The notes under the pieces were generated by a model. The model was given only the letters and a program-made list of their open reading frames with translations. It made no database searches and had not been told where the DNA came from. A stretch of 24,000 nucleotides of DNA from NCBI RefSeq assembly GCF_001646865.1, contig NZ_LRRB01000112.1, positions 17,909 to 41,908 on the forward strand, given 5' to 3'. A program made the translations under genes and the position numbers. The DNA is from Aldersonia kunmingensis. Lineage in GTDB: Bacteria; Actinomycetota; Actinomycetes; Mycobacteriales; Mycobacteriaceae. Shown here piece after piece: positions 21,978 to 24,000 of this stretch; the first letter of the stretch is position 1, and each line of letters opens with the position of its first letter.

Positions 21978-24000
21978 CTACTGCAATCGAGATAGGTCAT
22001 CCACGAGAACGCGGGCGTCCTGCAAGTCGGCGGTATCGAAACCCTCTGTGAACCAGCCATATACAGGCATCAGAAGCTCGCATGCCTGGTCGCGCTTGCC
22101 CTGCTGCTGCCACAGTCGAGCCAGGCTGGTGGCGGCGCGGAGCTCCCATGATTTCGCTTGTTGTTGGCGTGCGACCTCCAATGCCCGCTGGAAACACTGC
22201 TCCGCCTGGGTTGCGTTTTCTGCGCTCTGTTCGAGGAGCAACTCGCCATTGATGCGGTACACCTCGGACTCGTAGAGGTGCTCGTCGTTGCGCTCGACCC
22301 ACTGCATTGCCTCATCGAGCGCGGCAAAGCCTTCGTCGAACTGTCCGGCCTTGCCCTTCGCCTCGGCAAACAGTGCAAAGAACCATGGCCAGACCGCGCC
22401 CATGTCGAAAGCGCGGCGGCGATCCATCGCCTCGCGGATGTCCGCGATGCCTGCGGCCACCTCACCCTGCTCGGCGAGCGCCCAACCTCGGGGCAGGAGA
22501 CACCAGAGTGCGACCGCGTGTAGGTCACGCTCCCGGGAAATCGATAGTGCGGCTTCCGCTTGGGCCAGCGCGGACTCGGTATCCCGACGCAGTTGCGCCA
22601 ACTGGGCAGACATCAAGAGCGTCAGCCCGACGCTGTACGGATGTTCGAACCCGCGCGCACGCGTCAACGTTTGCTCCATGACTTCCACAGCCCGCGTTGG
22701 GTAGCCCAGCACCCAGTGCGAAAGGGCGTTGAGGTATCCGCAGAGAACTCCCGAATCCTGGATGTAGCTCACGATGCAGGTCCGGTATTGATCCGGGCTG
22801 TACAGGGCGAGGCCTTTGGCCGTGTGGTCACGCACCCCGACGACATCTCCCTGCCACCACGCCGCATAGGCGAGCATTCGGTGTCCGACGGCCAGGATCA
22901 GCGGATCTTGTTGCGGTTCGGCCAGTTCCAGGAACTCCTCTGCCAAAGCGCGCGCCTTCTTCATATGGCCGCGCAGTATCTGCGCGTATTGCAGGCCGGA
23001 CAGCGCGGGGAACAGTTCCGGGGTGCTCCCGACTTGTCGGGCCAGCTCGCACGCGCGGGCGTAGTTGTGCTCGCCGGCGTGTGGGCCACGCACACTCGCC
23101 ACCGCGCCGCCGAGCAATATTTGCAGGGAGATTTCCTGCTTGGCGCGTTGAGGTGTGTCGGGCAGCGTGCTGAGCAGGTCGTAGCCGCGCATCGCGTGGG
23201 TGGCTGCTTCGTCGTTGGCATATCTCTGCAGGGCGCGTTGTGCGGCAGCCTGCCAGTAAGGGATAGCCTGCGCGGTCAGTCCGGCCTCGGTGTAGTGGTG
23301 TGCCAGCAGTTCCGGTTGAGTCGAAACGACTTCAGGGAAACGGGATTCGAGTGCTTCAGCGATGCGCTGGTGGTGCTGTTGGCGGGTGCTCCTGAGCAGT
23401 AAGGCGTAGGCCGCGTCCTGAATCAACGCATGCTTGAATCGGTAGGTCGACGTCGGCGGCTGGCCCTTTTCGTACAGGAGCTCCGCTTCGGTCAGCTGGC
23501 GCAGTCCGAGCTGCAGGTTGTCGTCGTCCCACAGTGAAACTGCCCGCAGCAACGCGTAACTGAATTCGCGCCCCAATGTTGCGGCCAGCTCGGCAAGCGG
23601 CTTCACTGCGGACAACTGGTCCAGGCGCGCGGTCAGCGAGTCGTGCAGTGTGCTGGGAATCGCCAACGCGGGCAATGGGCCGTTGAGCTCGTAGCGCTCG
23701 GCACGCTCGACGAGATGGCCCGACTCGAGCAGCATCTTGGTCAGTTCTTCGACGAACAGCGGCACACCATCGGTCTTGGCTATCACCTGTCCCATCAGGT
23801 CCATCGGCAATGTCTTGCCGCCGGTCACCCGGCTCGCCAGTTCGCCGGCCTCGTCGGGCGGCAGGCGACCGAGCGTGATTCTCGCGAGATCAGTGTGTGG
23901 CGCCCATGGTGGTTCGAACTCCGGTCGGTAGGTCAGAAGCATCATGATGCGAGCGTTCGGCACCAGTTCGATAAGGAGACTGAGGAATTCGATCGTTGTG
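21978..24000 (-). CDS. STAND-type AAA ATPase with C-terminal TPR-like repeats (5'-truncated by the window edge; the N-terminal effector domain is outside the window)
   Basis: The frame stays open upstream of the ORF-track GTG (23963) to the window edge (...TTIEFLSLLIELVPNARIMMLLTYRPEF...). The motifs LLTYRPEF, KTDGVPLFVEELTK, YRFKHALIQDAAY and the C-terminus GWFTEGFDTADLQDARVLV are those I associate with the ATPase/TPR modules found downstream of class III adenylate cyclase domains. No LuxR HTH is present at the C-terminus. Confidence 0.78.
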   Translation of the reverse strand, partial: TTIEFLSLLIELVPNARIMMLLTYRPEFEPPWAPHTDLARITLGRLPPDEAGELASRVTGGKTLPMDLMGQVIAKTDGVPLFVEELTKMLLESGHLVERAERYELNGPLPALAIPSTLHDSLTARLDQLSAVKPLAELAATLGREFSYALLRAVSLWDDDNLQLGLRQLTEAELLYEKGQPPTSTYRFKHALIQDAAYALLLRSTRQQHHQRIAEALESRFPEVVSTQPELLAHHYTEAGLTAQAIPYWQAAAQRALQRYANDEAATHAMRGYDLLSTLPDTPQRAKQEISLQILLGGAVASVRGPHAGEHNYARACELARQVGSTPELFPALSGLQYAQILRGHMKKARALAEEFLELAEPQQDPLILAVGHRMLAYAAWWQGDVVGVRDHTAKGLALYSPDQYRTCIVSYIQDSGVLCGYLNALSHWVLGYPTRAVEVMEQTLTRARGFEHPYSVGLTLLMSAQLAQLRRDTESALAQAEAALSISRERDLHAVALWCLLPRGWALAEQGEVAAGIADIREAMDRRRAFDMGAVWPWFFALFAEAKGKAGQFDEGFAALDEAMQWVERNDEHLYESEVYRINGELLLEQSAENATQAEQCFQRALEVARQQQAKSWELRAATSLARLWQQQGKRDQACELLMPVYGWFTEGFDTADLQDARVLVDDLSRLQ

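Overview
This is high-GC actinobacterial DNA that looks Mycobacteriales-like, based on a DUF732-type secreted protein, a KstR-like operator and an actinobacterial-type hydrogenase. I had no tools, so all family and DUF names come from motif recognition and memory, not from searches.

**Hydrogenase operon (1 to about 12.46 kb, + strand).** This is the distal part of a group 1h (high-affinity) [NiFe]-hydrogenase operon. In order it contains:
- the 3' end of the large subunit, with the SFDPCLPCGVHM motif;
- a NifU-like/Rieske-fold Fe-S protein;
- four consecutive conserved genes of unknown function, one of them a 39-aa membrane peptide;
- the maturation endopeptidase, hypC and hypF;
- a degenerate-SIS::HypC-like fusion and a canonical GmhA-like SIS protein;
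- hypE, a second hypC and hypD;
- a terminal conserved unknown gene.

Seven gene junctions are 4-nt start/stop overlaps. No hypA, hypB or hypX lies in the window.

**Acyl-CoA synthetase (12.6-14.2 kb).** It is preceded by an AT-rich palindrome one mismatch from the KstR operator consensus.

**Mixed accessory patch (14.3-24 kb).** It contains:
- a secreted GH43-like beta-propeller protein;
- a DUF6197-like protein;
- a roughly 465-bp gene-poor stretch with a stop-interrupted reading frame;
- a small secreted protein;
- a Ser/Thr kinase with a polytopic membrane C-terminus, divergently paired with an FHA::LuxR-HTH regulator;
- a 4-TM protein and a DUF732-like protein;
- the 3' two-thirds of a STAND ATPase/TPR protein that runs off the window.

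**Most interesting points.**
- The uncharacterised genes embedded in the hydrogenase maturation operon, especially the SIS::HypC fusion with its GmhA-like partner and the four-gene unknown block.
- An in-frame 3 x 33-bp tandem repeat.
- The all-Cys Rieske-fold loops of the Fe-S protein.
- The kinase/FHA-LuxR module.
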